This document shows positions 38,832 through 48,628 of a stretch of 64,000 nucleotides of DNA, piece by piece. The stretch spans positions 14,866-78,865 of the forward strand of contig SYFT01000004.1 in assembly GCA_005799825.1 (NCBI GenBank). The letters run 5' to 3'. This stretch comes from Acidobacteriota bacterium (GTDB taxonomy: Bacteria; Acidobacteriota; Vicinamibacteria; Vicinamibacterales; SCN-69-37). Position numbers and translations under genes: made by a program. The notes under the pieces are model-generated. The model was not told the origin of the DNA. It saw nothing but the letters and a program-made list of their open reading frames with translations, and did not search any database. Position 1 is the stretch's first letter; every line of letters begins with the position of its first letter.

Positions 38832-39660
38832 GCGCGTTCATGAATTCCACGCGCTCCTGCGGGCTGAATGAGGGGCTGTGCCGCGCCAACACGCGCCCAT
38901 TGCCCAGCGATACCTGGAGCAGGGCAGCGCGGCTGCGAGCGCCAAACTCCCGGTCAACGATCGTCACAGCCGGAATCTGGGCGCGGGTGCCAGAGAGGAG
39001 GCCCTCCACAACAGGCGCCGTCGCTGCGGCAATCGCGGAGGGGCCGGTCGGCCACAGGCCCTTGGTCTGCTGTGAAATCGCCACCAACCGATGCGCGGGG
39101 ACCCGGTCGGTGATGAGGGCGCCGCCGATGGTGGCGCTGGACCATGCGATCACAAACGCGGGCGGCCGTCCGGCCACCGCAAGCGACACGTCCGCGCCCG
39201 AACCGTTCACTTCGAGCGCCACCAGTGCACGCGCGGCCCCGGCAACCGCGGCTGCCGCTGTGCCCAGGACGCGGTCGGCTGGTACGCCAAGTTCGCGGAC
39301 GACCGCTTCCATCAGCCATGTCTGTTTAGGGCCGGCGAACACAAACGGCGCAGTTGCACCGGCGGTTACAAGTTGGCGCACCAGCGCCAGCCCGCGATCG
39401 CCTTCCCACCCACCAGACTCATGGCTGTCGGCAATGACGATGACGCCGGCGCCGGCGGCGGCAAGGACATCGCCCTCACCCGAGATGCGGGTGTCGTAGC
39501 CCTCAACCGGACCAGACTGCCTGATGTCGAGCGCCTTGCCGGCAGCCACGGAAGCCGCAGCATCGATTAGGCAGACATCACGCACACGCGCGCGGCGCGC
39601 CAGTGTATGCGCCACGCTCGCACCGATCAGCCCGGCCCCGAGGATGGCAACAGTCGGCAT
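38818..39660 (-). CDS. Degenerate LDH/MDH-fold protein
   Basis: GAGLIG Rossmann motif and GKALDI N-terminus typical of LDH-like MDH; substrate loop and catalytic His segment not recognisable. Confidence 0.7.
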   Translation of the reverse strand: MPTVAILGAGLIGASVAHTLARRARVRDVCLIDAAASVAAGKALDIRQSGPVEGYDTRISGEGDVLAAAGAGVIVIADSHESGGWEGDRGLALVRQLVTAGATAPFVFAGPKQTWLMEAVVRELGVPADRVLGTAAAAVAGAARALVALEVNGSGADVSLAVAGRPPAFVIAWSSATIGGALITDRVPAHRLVAISQQTKGLWPTGPSAIAAATAPVVEGLLSGTRAQIPAVTIVDREFGARSRAALLQVSLGNGRVLARHSPSFSPQERVEFMNALTRE

Positions 39661-39689
39661 CGCGTCCTCATTGTAGCTAGACTACCTGC

Positions 39690-40421
39690 GTGCTGGAACA
39701 CTCAACCACATGGCTCGCCATAGCGTTTTTTGTGGCGGCGGTGCTGTATTCGTCCGTCGGTCATGCCGGCGCGTCCGGCTATCTTGCGGGGATGGCGTTT
39801 GTCGGGATGGCCACGCCGATGATGCGGCCCACCGCCCTGGTGCTCAATCTTCTTGTCGCGTCCATTGCGACCATTCGGTTCTCCCGCGCGGGATTTTTCT
39901 CGTGGCCGTTGTTCTGGCCGTTCGCGCTGGGCTCTATCCCGCTGGCCTACATTGGTGGCGCAATTACATTGCCGGGGCACTGGTACCGGACGCTTGTGGG
40001 GCTCGTGCTTTGGACCGCCGCGCTGCGCTTGTGGCTGGATGTCCGCCTGGTCACGACTCACGCGCCGCCAAGGGTGGCGGCGGTGCTCTCCGGGTCGGCC
40101 ATTGGGTTGCTTGCAGGGCTGACCGGTACCGGCGGTGGGGTATTCCTCAGTCCACTCCTGCTGTTCATGGGCTGGGCGCAAGCCCGCGAAACAGGCGGTG
40201 TCTCGGCGGCATTCATTCTGGTGAACTCCCTGGCCGGACTCGCGGGCAATCCGGCGAGTCTCGGTAACCTGCCTCCAGAGTTGCCACTGTGGGGCGGGGC
40301 CGTGTTTGTCGGCGGACTCATTGGAGCGGAACTTGGCAGCCGACGAATCGGCACGCCGGCGTTCCGGCGTCTCCTCGGGCTCGTACTCCTCATCGCAGGC
40401 GCAAAGTTGGTGTTCTCATGA
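39690..40421 (+). CDS. TauE/SafE (TSUP) family membrane protein
   Basis: YSSVGHAGASGY and GTGGGVFLSP motifs. Confidence 0.88.
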   Translation: MLEHSTTWLAIAFFVAAVLYSSVGHAGASGYLAGMAFVGMATPMMRPTALVLNLLVASIATIRFSRAGFFSWPLFWPFALGSIPLAYIGGAITLPGHWYRTLVGLVLWTAALRLWLDVRLVTTHAPPRVAAVLSGSAIGLLAGLTGTGGGVFLSPLLLFMGWAQARETGGVSAAFILVNSLAGLAGNPASLGNLPPELPLWGGAVFVGGLIGAELGSRRIGTPAFRRLLGLVLLIAGAKLVFS

Positions 40422-40843
40422 TCACGTATCGCGTTGGCAACAACATTCCGGTGGACGAGGTCAAAGCGTTGTACGAGGCATCCACGCTCGGCCAGCGCCG
40501 GCCGATTGATGATCCAGGTACTCTCGAAGCGATGATGCAGAACGCCAATTTGGTGGTGACGGCGTGGGACGCCGATGAACTTGTCGGCATCTCGCGGACG
40601 TTGACCGACTTCGTCTACGTCGGCTATCTGTCGGACCTCGCAGTTCACGAACGGTGTCAGCGCCAGGGCATCGGCATCGGCCTGATCGAAAGGACCCGCG
40701 CCGCAATGGGGCCGAAGTCGAAGCTGATCCTGCTCGCGGCTCCAGCCGCCGTTGACTACTACCCCCGCATCGGCTTCACGCACCACCCGCAGGCGTGGAT
40801 CCTCTCGGCCACGGACCCCTTTCCCACGAGCGCCTCGTCATGA
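40418..40843 (+). CDS. GNAT family N-acetyltransferase
   Basis: YLSDLAV..QRQGIG, YYPRIGF motifs. Confidence 0.88.
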   Translation: MITYRVGNNIPVDEVKALYEASTLGQRRPIDDPGTLEAMMQNANLVVTAWDADELVGISRTLTDFVYVGYLSDLAVHERCQRQGIGIGLIERTRAAMGPKSKLILLAAPAAVDYYPRIGFTHHPQAWILSATDPFPTSASS

Positions 40844-41427
40844 CCTGTGCCATCACTGACCGCCCGGAACCTCAGGCCCTTGAAACCCTGTCGGCGAAGT
40901 TGCCGCACATTCAACAGTCACCCAAGGTTGAGGGCGTACTGGCGTTGATTGTCCGGCGGCCCCAGGTTGACGCGCGTGAAGTGCTGCCTGAAGGCGAGCT
41001 GAATCTGCTCGAAGGATTGGCCGGCGACACATGGAACAAGCGGAGAAGTTCGCGAACACCCGACGGATCGCCGCACCCGGACATGCAGCTCAACCTGATG
41101 AACGTGCGCGTGATTGAAGCGATTGCTGGAAAGATCAAGCGATGGCCGCTTGCCGGCGATCAGCTTTACGTCGATCTCGACTTGAGCCAGGCCAACATTC
41201 CGCCGGGCACACGGTTGTCGATCGGCGATGCCGTCATCGAAATCACGCCGCAGCCCCACACGGGGTGCACCAAGTTCGCGGCGCGCTTTGGCAGAGATGC
41301 GCTCAAGTTCGTCAACTCACCAGAGGGCAGGATGCTCGGCCTTCGAGGCGTGAACGCGAAAGTGATTCAGCCCGGGCGTCTCAAGGTGTGGGATTCGGTC
41401 CGCAAGCTGGTCAACTGCGACTCGTAA
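40840..41427 (+). CDS. MOSC domain protein
   Basis: GDQLYVD, PHTGCTKF, RGVNAKV motifs. Confidence 0.85.
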   Translation: MTCAITDRPEPQALETLSAKLPHIQQSPKVEGVLALIVRRPQVDAREVLPEGELNLLEGLAGDTWNKRRSSRTPDGSPHPDMQLNLMNVRVIEAIAGKIKRWPLAGDQLYVDLDLSQANIPPGTRLSIGDAVIEITPQPHTGCTKFAARFGRDALKFVNSPEGRMLGLRGVNAKVIQPGRLKVWDSVRKLVNCDS

Positions 41428-41430
41428 CGG

Positions 41431-41871
41431 CTAAGAACAGTGCCGTCGCGTCACAGCGTGGCGATGGGCGAACATCTGACGCAGCCCGAGTTTCACCGCC
41501 CAGCCGAGCAGAGCATTCATGACCGAGCCCCCAGGCAACGCGAATGTTACGCGGTCTGTGAGTCGGCAGCGGCCGCCCTCGTCCAGAAATTCATGGCGGT
41601 GGTTCCAGAGCGCGAAGGGGCCGCTGGCTTGCTCATCCACGAATAGTGCGTCCTGTACAAACGACGTATGATGCGCCACCCAGGTGATTGGGCCAATTCT
41701 CAGAACGACCTGGGCACCGGTGCGAATGCCCCCGGTTCGTGAGCTGACGCGCACAGGGGGAAACGCGGGCGACAGCAGCGCCAATGCGTCTTCCCGGTCG
41801 TGAAAGGCGAACACCACTGACACAGGCGCGTTGATCAGGCTGCTCTTCACAAAGGTTGGCACACCTGCCAT
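41431..41871 (-). CDS. SRPBCC/cyclase-like ligand-binding protein
   Basis: VFAFH, FVDEQASGPF..W.HRH.F, MFAHRH motifs. Confidence 0.8.
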   Translation of the reverse strand: MAGVPTFVKSSLINAPVSVVFAFHDREDALALLSPAFPPVRVSSRTGGIRTGAQVVLRIGPITWVAHHTSFVQDALFVDEQASGPFALWNHRHEFLDEGGRCRLTDRVTFALPGGSVMNALLGWAVKLGLRQMFAHRHAVTRRHCS

Positions 41872-41880
41872 GGTAGACCC

Positions 41881-42591
41881 ATGCACACTGCAATTGTCAC
41901 CGGTGGAACAAAAGGAATTGGCTACGGCATTGCGGAGGCACTGCTTGCCGCGGGCGGCTGCGTAATGATCACTGGCAGGAATGCTGCCGGTGTGGCGGAT
42001 GCTGTGGGGAGGTTGGGTGCCGGCGCCGGAAAGAGCACTCGCGTGAGCGGCCGGGCGGTGGATGTGCGCGACCGCGCGGCGGTTGACGCGATGGTTGCTG
42101 AGGCCGTCAGGCAGTTCGGTTCACTGAACACGCTCGTCAATAACGCCGGCGTCGGGCTGTTCACCGCGGTGGAGCAGACGACGGACGAAGACTGGGCCCG
42201 CGTCATCGAGACGAATCTTACGGGGGTGTTCTACTGTTCCCGAGCCGCGATCCCCGCCTTGAGGCAGGCTGGCGGCGGATGGATGATCAACATCGCGAGC
42301 CTGGCGGGCCGCAACTATTTCGCGAATGCATCGGCCTACTGCGCATCGAAGGCGGGCCTGGTGGCGTTTAGTGAGGCGCTCATGCTTGAGGTGAGAAACG
42401 ACAACATTCGGGTGAGCGTGGTGATGCCTGGCTCGGTGGCCACGGACTTCACGGGGCCGTCGGGAAAACACGACGACGAGTCGTGGAAGCTCACGCCTGC
42501 CGACATCGCCGAAGTCGTGATGGACCTGCTTCGCCACCCTTCGCGGAGCCTGCCGAGCAAGGTCGAGATCCGCCCGGCGCGGACCAAGTAG
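41881..42591 (+). CDS. SDR family oxidoreductase
   Basis: TGGTKGIG, NNAG, YCASK motifs. Confidence 0.92.
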   Translation: MHTAIVTGGTKGIGYGIAEALLAAGGCVMITGRNAAGVADAVGRLGAGAGKSTRVSGRAVDVRDRAAVDAMVAEAVRQFGSLNTLVNNAGVGLFTAVEQTTDEDWARVIETNLTGVFYCSRAAIPALRQAGGGWMINIASLAGRNYFANASAYCASKAGLVAFSEALMLEVRNDNIRVSVVMPGSVATDFTGPSGKHDDESWKLTPADIAEVVMDLLRHPSRSLPSKVEIRPARTK

Positions 42592-42708
42592 GGGGACGGG
42601 TGTGTTTTCCACAGAAACGCGGGAAATGGGGACAGGTCTCGGTTGAAAGGGGGGCCGAGACCTGTCCCCATTTCCCGCGTTTCTGTGGAAAATACACCCG
42701 TCCCCCTA
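42589..42708. repeat. 120-bp near-perfect palindrome between convergent genes
   Basis: 54-bp arms (42589-42642 and 42655-42708) with one mismatch and a 12-nt loop. Confidence 0.95.
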
Positions 42709-43920
42709 GCGATGGGAAGGCCGAGGCGCCAGTGCCCAGATAAGGGCCGGCACCCAGAGGCCCAGGCCGACGATCGCGGCCAGCAGGCGTGGATCGACAT
42801 GCCACAGGTCCAGCGCCACCGCCGTCGAATACGCCACCGCCGACTGCACCAGCGCCATCACGATGAGTTCTGCCGAGAACACGCGGCCGCGGAACGCGTC
42901 GGGCACGCGCATTTGCAGCAACACATTGCTCGCCACCCACAACATCGACCCGAAAACATGTGCGGCAATGACAATAGCCGCGGCGAACCAGATCGTCGGC
43001 ACAATTGCCAGCGCCGCGTAACAGGCGCCGGCCACGAAATACGCCGGCGCTATCAGGCGGATCAGATTGCCCTGCCTCGCCGCAATCAGACTGATGATGA
43101 GTGAGCCGGCAAAGGCGCCAATGCCTCGCGCGGCGAACAAGATGCCAATGCCCGCATCGCTCGAGTCACCGATGCGAAAAATCCTGTCGCCAAAGACCGT
43201 GAGCAGCAGGAGCGCGCCGCCCACAATGGCCCACCCGCCCTTGATGAGTGCGATTCGAGCCACATCGCCGTGGCGACGCATGTAGGACAGGCCATCCATA
43301 ACCCCCTGAAGGCCGAGCGTCGCCCGTTCGGACGCCTCCCTGGCAGGCACACGCATCCGCCAGAGGAACACGGCCGATGTGAAGAACGACAGCGCGTTGA
43401 TGACAAAGGCCGCGTCGCGGCCGAGCAGCACGGTCACGCCGCCGCCGAGCGACGCGCCTATCGCCAGCATCGCCGACCAGGTGCCCGTCGAGATGGCGTT
43501 GGCCGCCACAAGCTGCTCGCGCGGCACGATCGACGGCACGGTGGCCGAACGCGCCGGCTCGAAGAAACCCGAACACGCCACCATCACGCCGGTCACGACG
43601 TACGCGAGCCACACAGTGTCGGAAGACCGGACCAGGATTAGGCCGAGCACCGCCGCGCCTCTGACGAGGTCTGCAGCGATCATGATGCGCCTCCGATCGA
43701 AGCGGTCCACAATCACTCCGGAGATGGGTCCTACAATCGCGACTGGCAGCAACTGCATCACCATCATGCCGGCCACGGCCGTGGCCGAACCCGTGAGTTC
43801 GAAGAGCAGCGCGTAGAGGGCGACGACGTTGAACCAGTCACCGAGCTGGCTGACGATTTGTCCGAACCAGAGCAGGCGGAAGTTGCGATTGTCCCTGACG
43901 AGGGTGAGCAGAGTGCGCAT
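42706..43920 (-). CDS. MFS transporter (DHA3/EntS-like)
   Basis: FRLLWFGQIVSQLGDW, DRFDRRRIM motif A, VPDAFRGRV. Confidence 0.9.
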   Translation of the reverse strand: MRTLLTLVRDNRNFRLLWFGQIVSQLGDWFNVVALYALLFELTGSATAVAGMMVMQLLPVAIVGPISGVIVDRFDRRRIMIAADLVRGAAVLGLILVRSSDTVWLAYVVTGVMVACSGFFEPARSATVPSIVPREQLVAANAISTGTWSAMLAIGASLGGGVTVLLGRDAAFVINALSFFTSAVFLWRMRVPAREASERATLGLQGVMDGLSYMRRHGDVARIALIKGGWAIVGGALLLLTVFGDRIFRIGDSSDAGIGILFAARGIGAFAGSLIISLIAARQGNLIRLIAPAYFVAGACYAALAIVPTIWFAAAIVIAAHVFGSMLWVASNVLLQMRVPDAFRGRVFSAELIVMALVQSAVAYSTAVALDLWHVDPRLLAAIVGLGLWVPALIWALAPRPSHR

Positions 43921-43938
43921 GGGGGCAGCTGGCGCGTA

Positions 43939-44934
43939 CTAGAGAATCCGCCTCAGGACGGCTTCATCCACGTTCCGACCTGTCAGCATCACCCCGACGG
44001 GACCTCCGCCCAGGTCGAGACCGCCCTGCAGCAGGGCCGCAACTGCCGCCGCTCCCGCGCCTTCAGAGACCAGCCGTTCGCGGTAGATGAGGCAGCGCAT
44101 GGCGGTCTCGAGCGACGACTCTGTCACGAGCGCGACGGCGTCAACCAGATCGCGCACCAGATTGAACGTCTGACTTGCGCGCTCGAGATTGCCCGCAAGG
44201 CCGTCTGCCAGCGTGGGTTCCACCTTGACGGTCGTGATCTCACCGGTCGCAAGCGCCGCTGTGAACACGGGCGAACTCTCTGCCTCGGCGCCGATGACAC
44301 GTACGTCGCTCTGGTGACCGCGCGCGACCAGCGCGGCCCCGGCAAGAAGGCCTCCTCCGCCAAGCGGCGCGATGATGGCTGTGAGCGAGGGTTCGTCGTC
44401 GAGCATCTCAAGCGCCACGGTGCCCGCACCTGCGATCACGTCCGGGTGGTTATACGGCGAGATGTATGACGCGCCGGTCTGGGCGGCGTCAGCGCAGGCG
44501 GCAGTTTCGGCCGCATCGTAGTCGGCGGCCTCCACCAGTTCGGCGCCATACGACAGTAGGGCGTTGCGCTTGGCCGCTGGTGCACTCACAGACAGGTGCA
44601 CGCGGAGTCGCAGGCCGAAGTGCTGCACCGCAATGGCCATCGCCGTGCCATGGTTGCCCGCCGACGCCGTCACGACCGTCGTGACATCCGGGCGCTCGGT
44701 ATGAAGCAACTGCAGTGCGTTGAGCGCGCCCCTGATCTTGAACGACGCGCCCGGTTGAACAGTTTCGACCTTGAGCCATACGTCTGCCTTCACCCGGTCC
44801 GACAACCATGCCGACCTGAGCATCGGAGATCGGCAGACGCGGCCCGACCCGCTCATGCGTATGCCCGCCAGGCGCCGTGCCGCCGCTTCAACGTCGGCTC
44901 GTGTGGGGACGCGGACTCCGGGATAATGGGACAT
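43939..44934 (-). CDS. Threonine/serine dehydratase-like PLP enzyme (fold type II)
   Basis: SFKIRGA, SAGNHG, GGGGL, TGRN motifs; no ACT domain. Confidence 0.88.
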   Translation of the reverse strand: MSHYPGVRVPTRADVEAAARRLAGIRMSGSGRVCRSPMLRSAWLSDRVKADVWLKVETVQPGASFKIRGALNALQLLHTERPDVTTVVTASAGNHGTAMAIAVQHFGLRLRVHLSVSAPAAKRNALLSYGAELVEAADYDAAETAACADAAQTGASYISPYNHPDVIAGAGTVALEMLDDEPSLTAIIAPLGGGGLLAGAALVARGHQSDVRVIGAEAESSPVFTAALATGEITTVKVEPTLADGLAGNLERASQTFNLVRDLVDAVALVTESSLETAMRCLIYRERLVSEGAGAAAVAALLQGGLDLGGGPVGVMLTGRNVDEAVLRRIL

Positions 44935-44946
44935 CGGTCATCGATT

Positions 44947-45594
44947 ATGCATGTGTGGACAACCTCGGCGCCCCCCTTCTACAAGAACGGCTACGTCGTA
45001 GCCTGCGAACGCACCCGCCACGCCATCGTCATCGACCCGGGTGATGACGTAGCAGAGCAACTGGCGGTGGTGAAGCGAGAGGGCGTATCGGTCACGATGA
45101 TTCTGCTGACCCATGCGCATCTTGACCACGTCACCGGCGTTGGCGCCGCGAAGGCCGCGCTCGGCGTGCCGGTGTGGCTCCACAGCGACGACCTGTTCCT
45201 CTATGAACGCGCGGCCGAGCAGGGGCGGATGTTCGGGTTGCATCTGAACCCCCAGCCTAAACCTGACCGGTTCTACGTGGAAGGCGAGTCACTGACCTTT
45301 GGCGATTACGTGGTGGACATCAGGCACACGCCAGGCCACTGCCCAGGGGGTGTTTGCCTGGCGATTGGCAAGGCCGGCCAGGACGGCCGTGAGCTGTTTG
45401 TGGGCGACACGCTGTTTGCCGGGTCGATCGGCCGGACCGATCTGCCAGGCGGCGATCTGGACACGCTGCTCTTTTCAATCCGCAACGAGTTGTTTGTGTA
45501 TCCCGACGCAACGCTGGTGCACTCCGGCCACGGTCCGGACACGACGATTGGCGAGGAACGCAGAGGGAATCCGTTCCTGCATTCGGGACAATAG
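44947..45594 (+). CDS. MBL-fold metallo-hydrolase (glyoxalase II-like)
   Basis: THAHLDH, PGHCPG, GDTLF, GHG motifs; ATG 44947. Confidence 0.9.
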   Translation: MHVWTTSAPPFYKNGYVVACERTRHAIVIDPGDDVAEQLAVVKREGVSVTMILLTHAHLDHVTGVGAAKAALGVPVWLHSDDLFLYERAAEQGRMFGLHLNPQPKPDRFYVEGESLTFGDYVVDIRHTPGHCPGGVCLAIGKAGQDGRELFVGDTLFAGSIGRTDLPGGDLDTLLFSIRNELFVYPDATLVHSGHGPDTTIGEERRGNPFLHSGQ

Positions 45595-45608
45595 GGGGAC
45601 CCAACCCC

Positions 45609-45902
45609 TTAGCCTTCCGTCACGGTGAAAGACACGCGGCCGACGCCGAGGACGTCGTTGGGGCGGAGGACGGCGCGCGCTGTCGGCGTGCCGTTCACGG
45701 ATGTGCCGTTCGTGCTGCCAAGGTCTTCCATCACCAGTTGCCCGGATGCGTCAGCGGTGAGCCGGCAGTGCACGCGGGAAACGAGCGGCGCTTCGAACAC
45801 AAAGTCTGCGTGGGCGCCGCGACCAATGGTGCGCGCCGTGCCAGGGGTGAGCCGCAACAGCCGCGGCGTTTCGTCGTTGCTTTGGAGAATCCAGCCAGCC
45901 AT
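45609..45902 (-). CDS. Stand-alone FHA domain protein
   Basis: IGRG, VSRVH, DLGSTNGT motifs. Confidence 0.9.
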   Translation of the reverse strand: MAGWILQSNDETPRLLRLTPGTARTIGRGAHADFVFEAPLVSRVHCRLTADASGQLVMEDLGSTNGTSVNGTPTARAVLRPNDVLGVGRVSFTVTEG

Positions 45903-45924
45903 GGCGCTCGAGTGTAGACGAAAA

Positions 45925-47607
45925 CTACCGCTTTGCCGGAAGGACCTCTTTCAACCACGAAATCAGCGTATCGGTGATTTCACGCGACACCGTCTTGACC
46001 GGCAACGACGCATATTCCTCCACCTCGCCCGTGCGGGTGGGCACCAGCAGGTGATTGACGCCGGGCACCACGATCTTGCGAGTGACGGCCGACGGGCCTG
46101 CGCGGCGGGCATTTGCCAACGCTTCGAGCTTGTCTGCCTGATCGGGTGGCACCTGCGTGTCGAGCGAGCCCTGCAGCAGAAGGATCGGCTGATTGGTCCG
46201 TCGCACGACCTGAGCGGGATCAAACAGCAGCCAACTCCGGAACCACACGCTGTCTGCCTGGCGCCTCAGTTCCGGCGGCACGGTCTCCCAACCGGCGCCT
46301 GAAATGACGGCATCCATGATCCTGTTCTGGAGGGCGATTTTTTCCTGTTTCGCAGTTTCCGGTTCCTGCAGTTTGTCCAGCGCCCGGCGCTGCTGCATGA
46401 GCGTGATCTCGCGCCCGGTTTGTCCCGGCGCTGCAAGCAGTCCCAGCGCGCGAACCTGTCCGCGCATCTGACTCCCGACAAGGAGCGCAACGCTGCCGCC
46501 TTCGGAATGTCCCACCACCGCCACTCGATCGGTGTCCACGTCCTTGCGCCTGCGCACCCAGTCGACCACTCCGCGCAGGTCCTCGGCATACGCTTCAATT
46601 GAGGTGGTCTCAATACGTCCGCCGCTCTGGCCCACGCCACGTTTGTCGTAACGCACCACGAAGAACCCGGCATCCGACAATCGCCCCGCCACCTGGCCGA
46701 GGATGGGGATGCCGAACACGGTTTCGTCGCGGTCCTGCGGACCCGAACCCGACACGAGAATGACCACTGGCGGCTTGGCGATCCCTTCCGGTTTCGTAAA
46801 CGACGCCGCCAGGCTGAAGCCGTTTGCCGGGATGAACGCCGCCTCGTCGCGCGGATGGCTGAACGAATCAAGCCGCGACATGACACTCGACAGGTCGTCA
46901 CGCACCACGGCCAGTGAGGCCACGGGAATGGCGAATCTGGCCAGCCGGCCGCGCGCGTCCACCCAGACCTCCACCAGCAACGCACCCCCTGGATTCTGAA
47001 ACGACAGATCGAACTGGCGCAGTTCGTATTTCGTTGAGGATGTTTCCATCCGACGCGGTGTGATCTTTATGACCGTGGCCTGGATTTCTGCCTGGGGCGC
47101 GACATAGATCGGAAAAGCCGAACCTGCCTGCGCCGTGTGAAGACGCAGCGCCAACACTTCGTAGGCGCCATAGAAGTTGTTTGGCAGCGCAATCGTGTCC
47201 GCCGATACCTTGTGTGAGAGCCGCGCCTGTTTGCCTGCCTGCACCACGTCAGACGATGCGGTGCCGCCGCTGAATTCGGTATTCAGCAACAGGCCCTGGC
47301 CGCGCATCTGGCCCAAGACTTCAAGCGACTGCGTCTGCCAGTCGGCGCCATAGCGCGCCACGAACTTGTCAAAGCTGAACTCAAGAGGCGGTCCGGTGCG
47401 CCCCGTGGCGGTCACCACCCAACCGCCTGAAGGCCGCGCGACCGTGACTTCCTCTGAGCCGATGCGCTGGCCGCGGAGAAACACCGTGAACACAGCCTCG
47501 CCGGTCTGGTCTTCCTGCCCGGTTTGCACAGATTGTCCGGCCGGCCCGGCGCTCCACATTGTGAAGGCCACAAGCCCAACGCTAAGATGCCTGAACCACT
47601 GCTTCAT
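45925..47607 (-). CDS. Secreted alpha/beta hydrolase with N-terminal beta domain
   Basis: Signal peptide; GSGPQDRD, YDKRG, GHSEGG nucleophile elbow, D and NH triad residues. Confidence 0.88.
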   Translation of the reverse strand: MKQWFRHLSVGLVAFTMWSAGPAGQSVQTGQEDQTGEAVFTVFLRGQRIGSEEVTVARPSGGWVVTATGRTGPPLEFSFDKFVARYGADWQTQSLEVLGQMRGQGLLLNTEFSGGTASSDVVQAGKQARLSHKVSADTIALPNNFYGAYEVLALRLHTAQAGSAFPIYVAPQAEIQATVIKITPRRMETSSTKYELRQFDLSFQNPGGALLVEVWVDARGRLARFAIPVASLAVVRDDLSSVMSRLDSFSHPRDEAAFIPANGFSLAASFTKPEGIAKPPVVILVSGSGPQDRDETVFGIPILGQVAGRLSDAGFFVVRYDKRGVGQSGGRIETTSIEAYAEDLRGVVDWVRRRKDVDTDRVAVVGHSEGGSVALLVGSQMRGQVRALGLLAAPGQTGREITLMQQRRALDKLQEPETAKQEKIALQNRIMDAVISGAGWETVPPELRRQADSVWFRSWLLFDPAQVVRRTNQPILLLQGSLDTQVPPDQADKLEALANARRAGPSAVTRKIVVPGVNHLLVPTRTGEVEEYASLPVKTVSREITDTLISWLKEVLPAKR

Positions 47608-48628
47608 GACTCCCCAGTATCGCACCATCGCGACAGGCGCAGGATGGCTCGACGTGAGCGCTCGAGGCCGCCTGCGATTCGACGGTCCTGACGCGGCGTC
47701 GTTCCTGCACGCCCTTGTCACTAATGACGTCGCGAACGTCCCTGTTGGCCGGGGCGTTTACGCCGCGCTGCTCACGCCGCAGGGACGAATGGTCACCGAT
47801 TTGCGCCTGTTGCGTGTTTCCGAGGCCATCCTCGCCGAGGTCCCGGCGGGCCTCGCCTCAGGCCTGGCCGTCCGGTTCGATCATCTGATCTTCTCCCAAA
47901 AGGTCGCCGTGGCTGACGACAGCGGCGACACACGTGCCCTCTGTGTATTTGGCGGCCGCGCGGCGCAGGTGCTGTCCGATGCCACCGGCGTTCCGACTAC
48001 CCGAATCTCGGAACTCTCGATTCTTGACCACATCACGCATAACGGCCTTACTTTGATCCGCACGGACGACGTGACGCTCCCGAATTTTGAAATCTGGATG
48101 CCCACCCTTCAATGGGACTCCACTGTGGCTGCGGTGATTGCCGCCGGTGGCGTCGACGTGAAGCCGGCCAGCGCGGCGGGGCAGGGCACCATCTTCGACG
48201 CCCTTCGGATCGAGGCCGGGCATCCATTATTCGGCATCGACATGACAGCCGACACGATCCCACTTGAGGCAGGCCTGCTCGACCGTGCGATCAGCACCAC
48301 GAAAGGTTGTTACGTGGGCCAGGAAGTCATCATTCGCATCTTGCATCGTGGCGGCGGACGCGTGGCGAAATATCTCATCCAGCTCGTGGCCGGTCTGGAT
48401 GTGACTGAAATTCCAGGTGCCGGCACACCGGTGTTCGACCAGGGTCGCGAAGTTGGGGCCGTGACCAGTGCGGCGCTCGGGCCAACTGCCGGCCGCGTGG
48501 TCGCGCTCGGCTACGTGCATCGCGACAGCGCTGGGGATGGGCGCTATGTGACTGTGGGCTCGTCGCTCAGTCGCTGGACGGTTCAACGTGAACCAGCACA
48601 TCCGCTACCCACGGCAGATCCCGCTTGA
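47606..48628 (+). CDS. ygfZ: Folate-binding protein YgfZ
   Basis: KGCYVGQE signature; LTPQGR. Confidence 0.9.
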   Translation: MTPQYRTIATGAGWLDVSARGRLRFDGPDAASFLHALVTNDVANVPVGRGVYAALLTPQGRMVTDLRLLRVSEAILAEVPAGLASGLAVRFDHLIFSQKVAVADDSGDTRALCVFGGRAAQVLSDATGVPTTRISELSILDHITHNGLTLIRTDDVTLPNFEIWMPTLQWDSTVAAVIAAGGVDVKPASAAGQGTIFDALRIEAGHPLFGIDMTADTIPLEAGLLDRAISTTKGCYVGQEVIIRILHRGGGRVAKYLIQLVAGLDVTEIPGAGTPVFDQGREVGAVTSAALGPTAGRVVALGYVHRDSAGDGRYVTVGSSLSRWTVQREPAHPLPTADPA

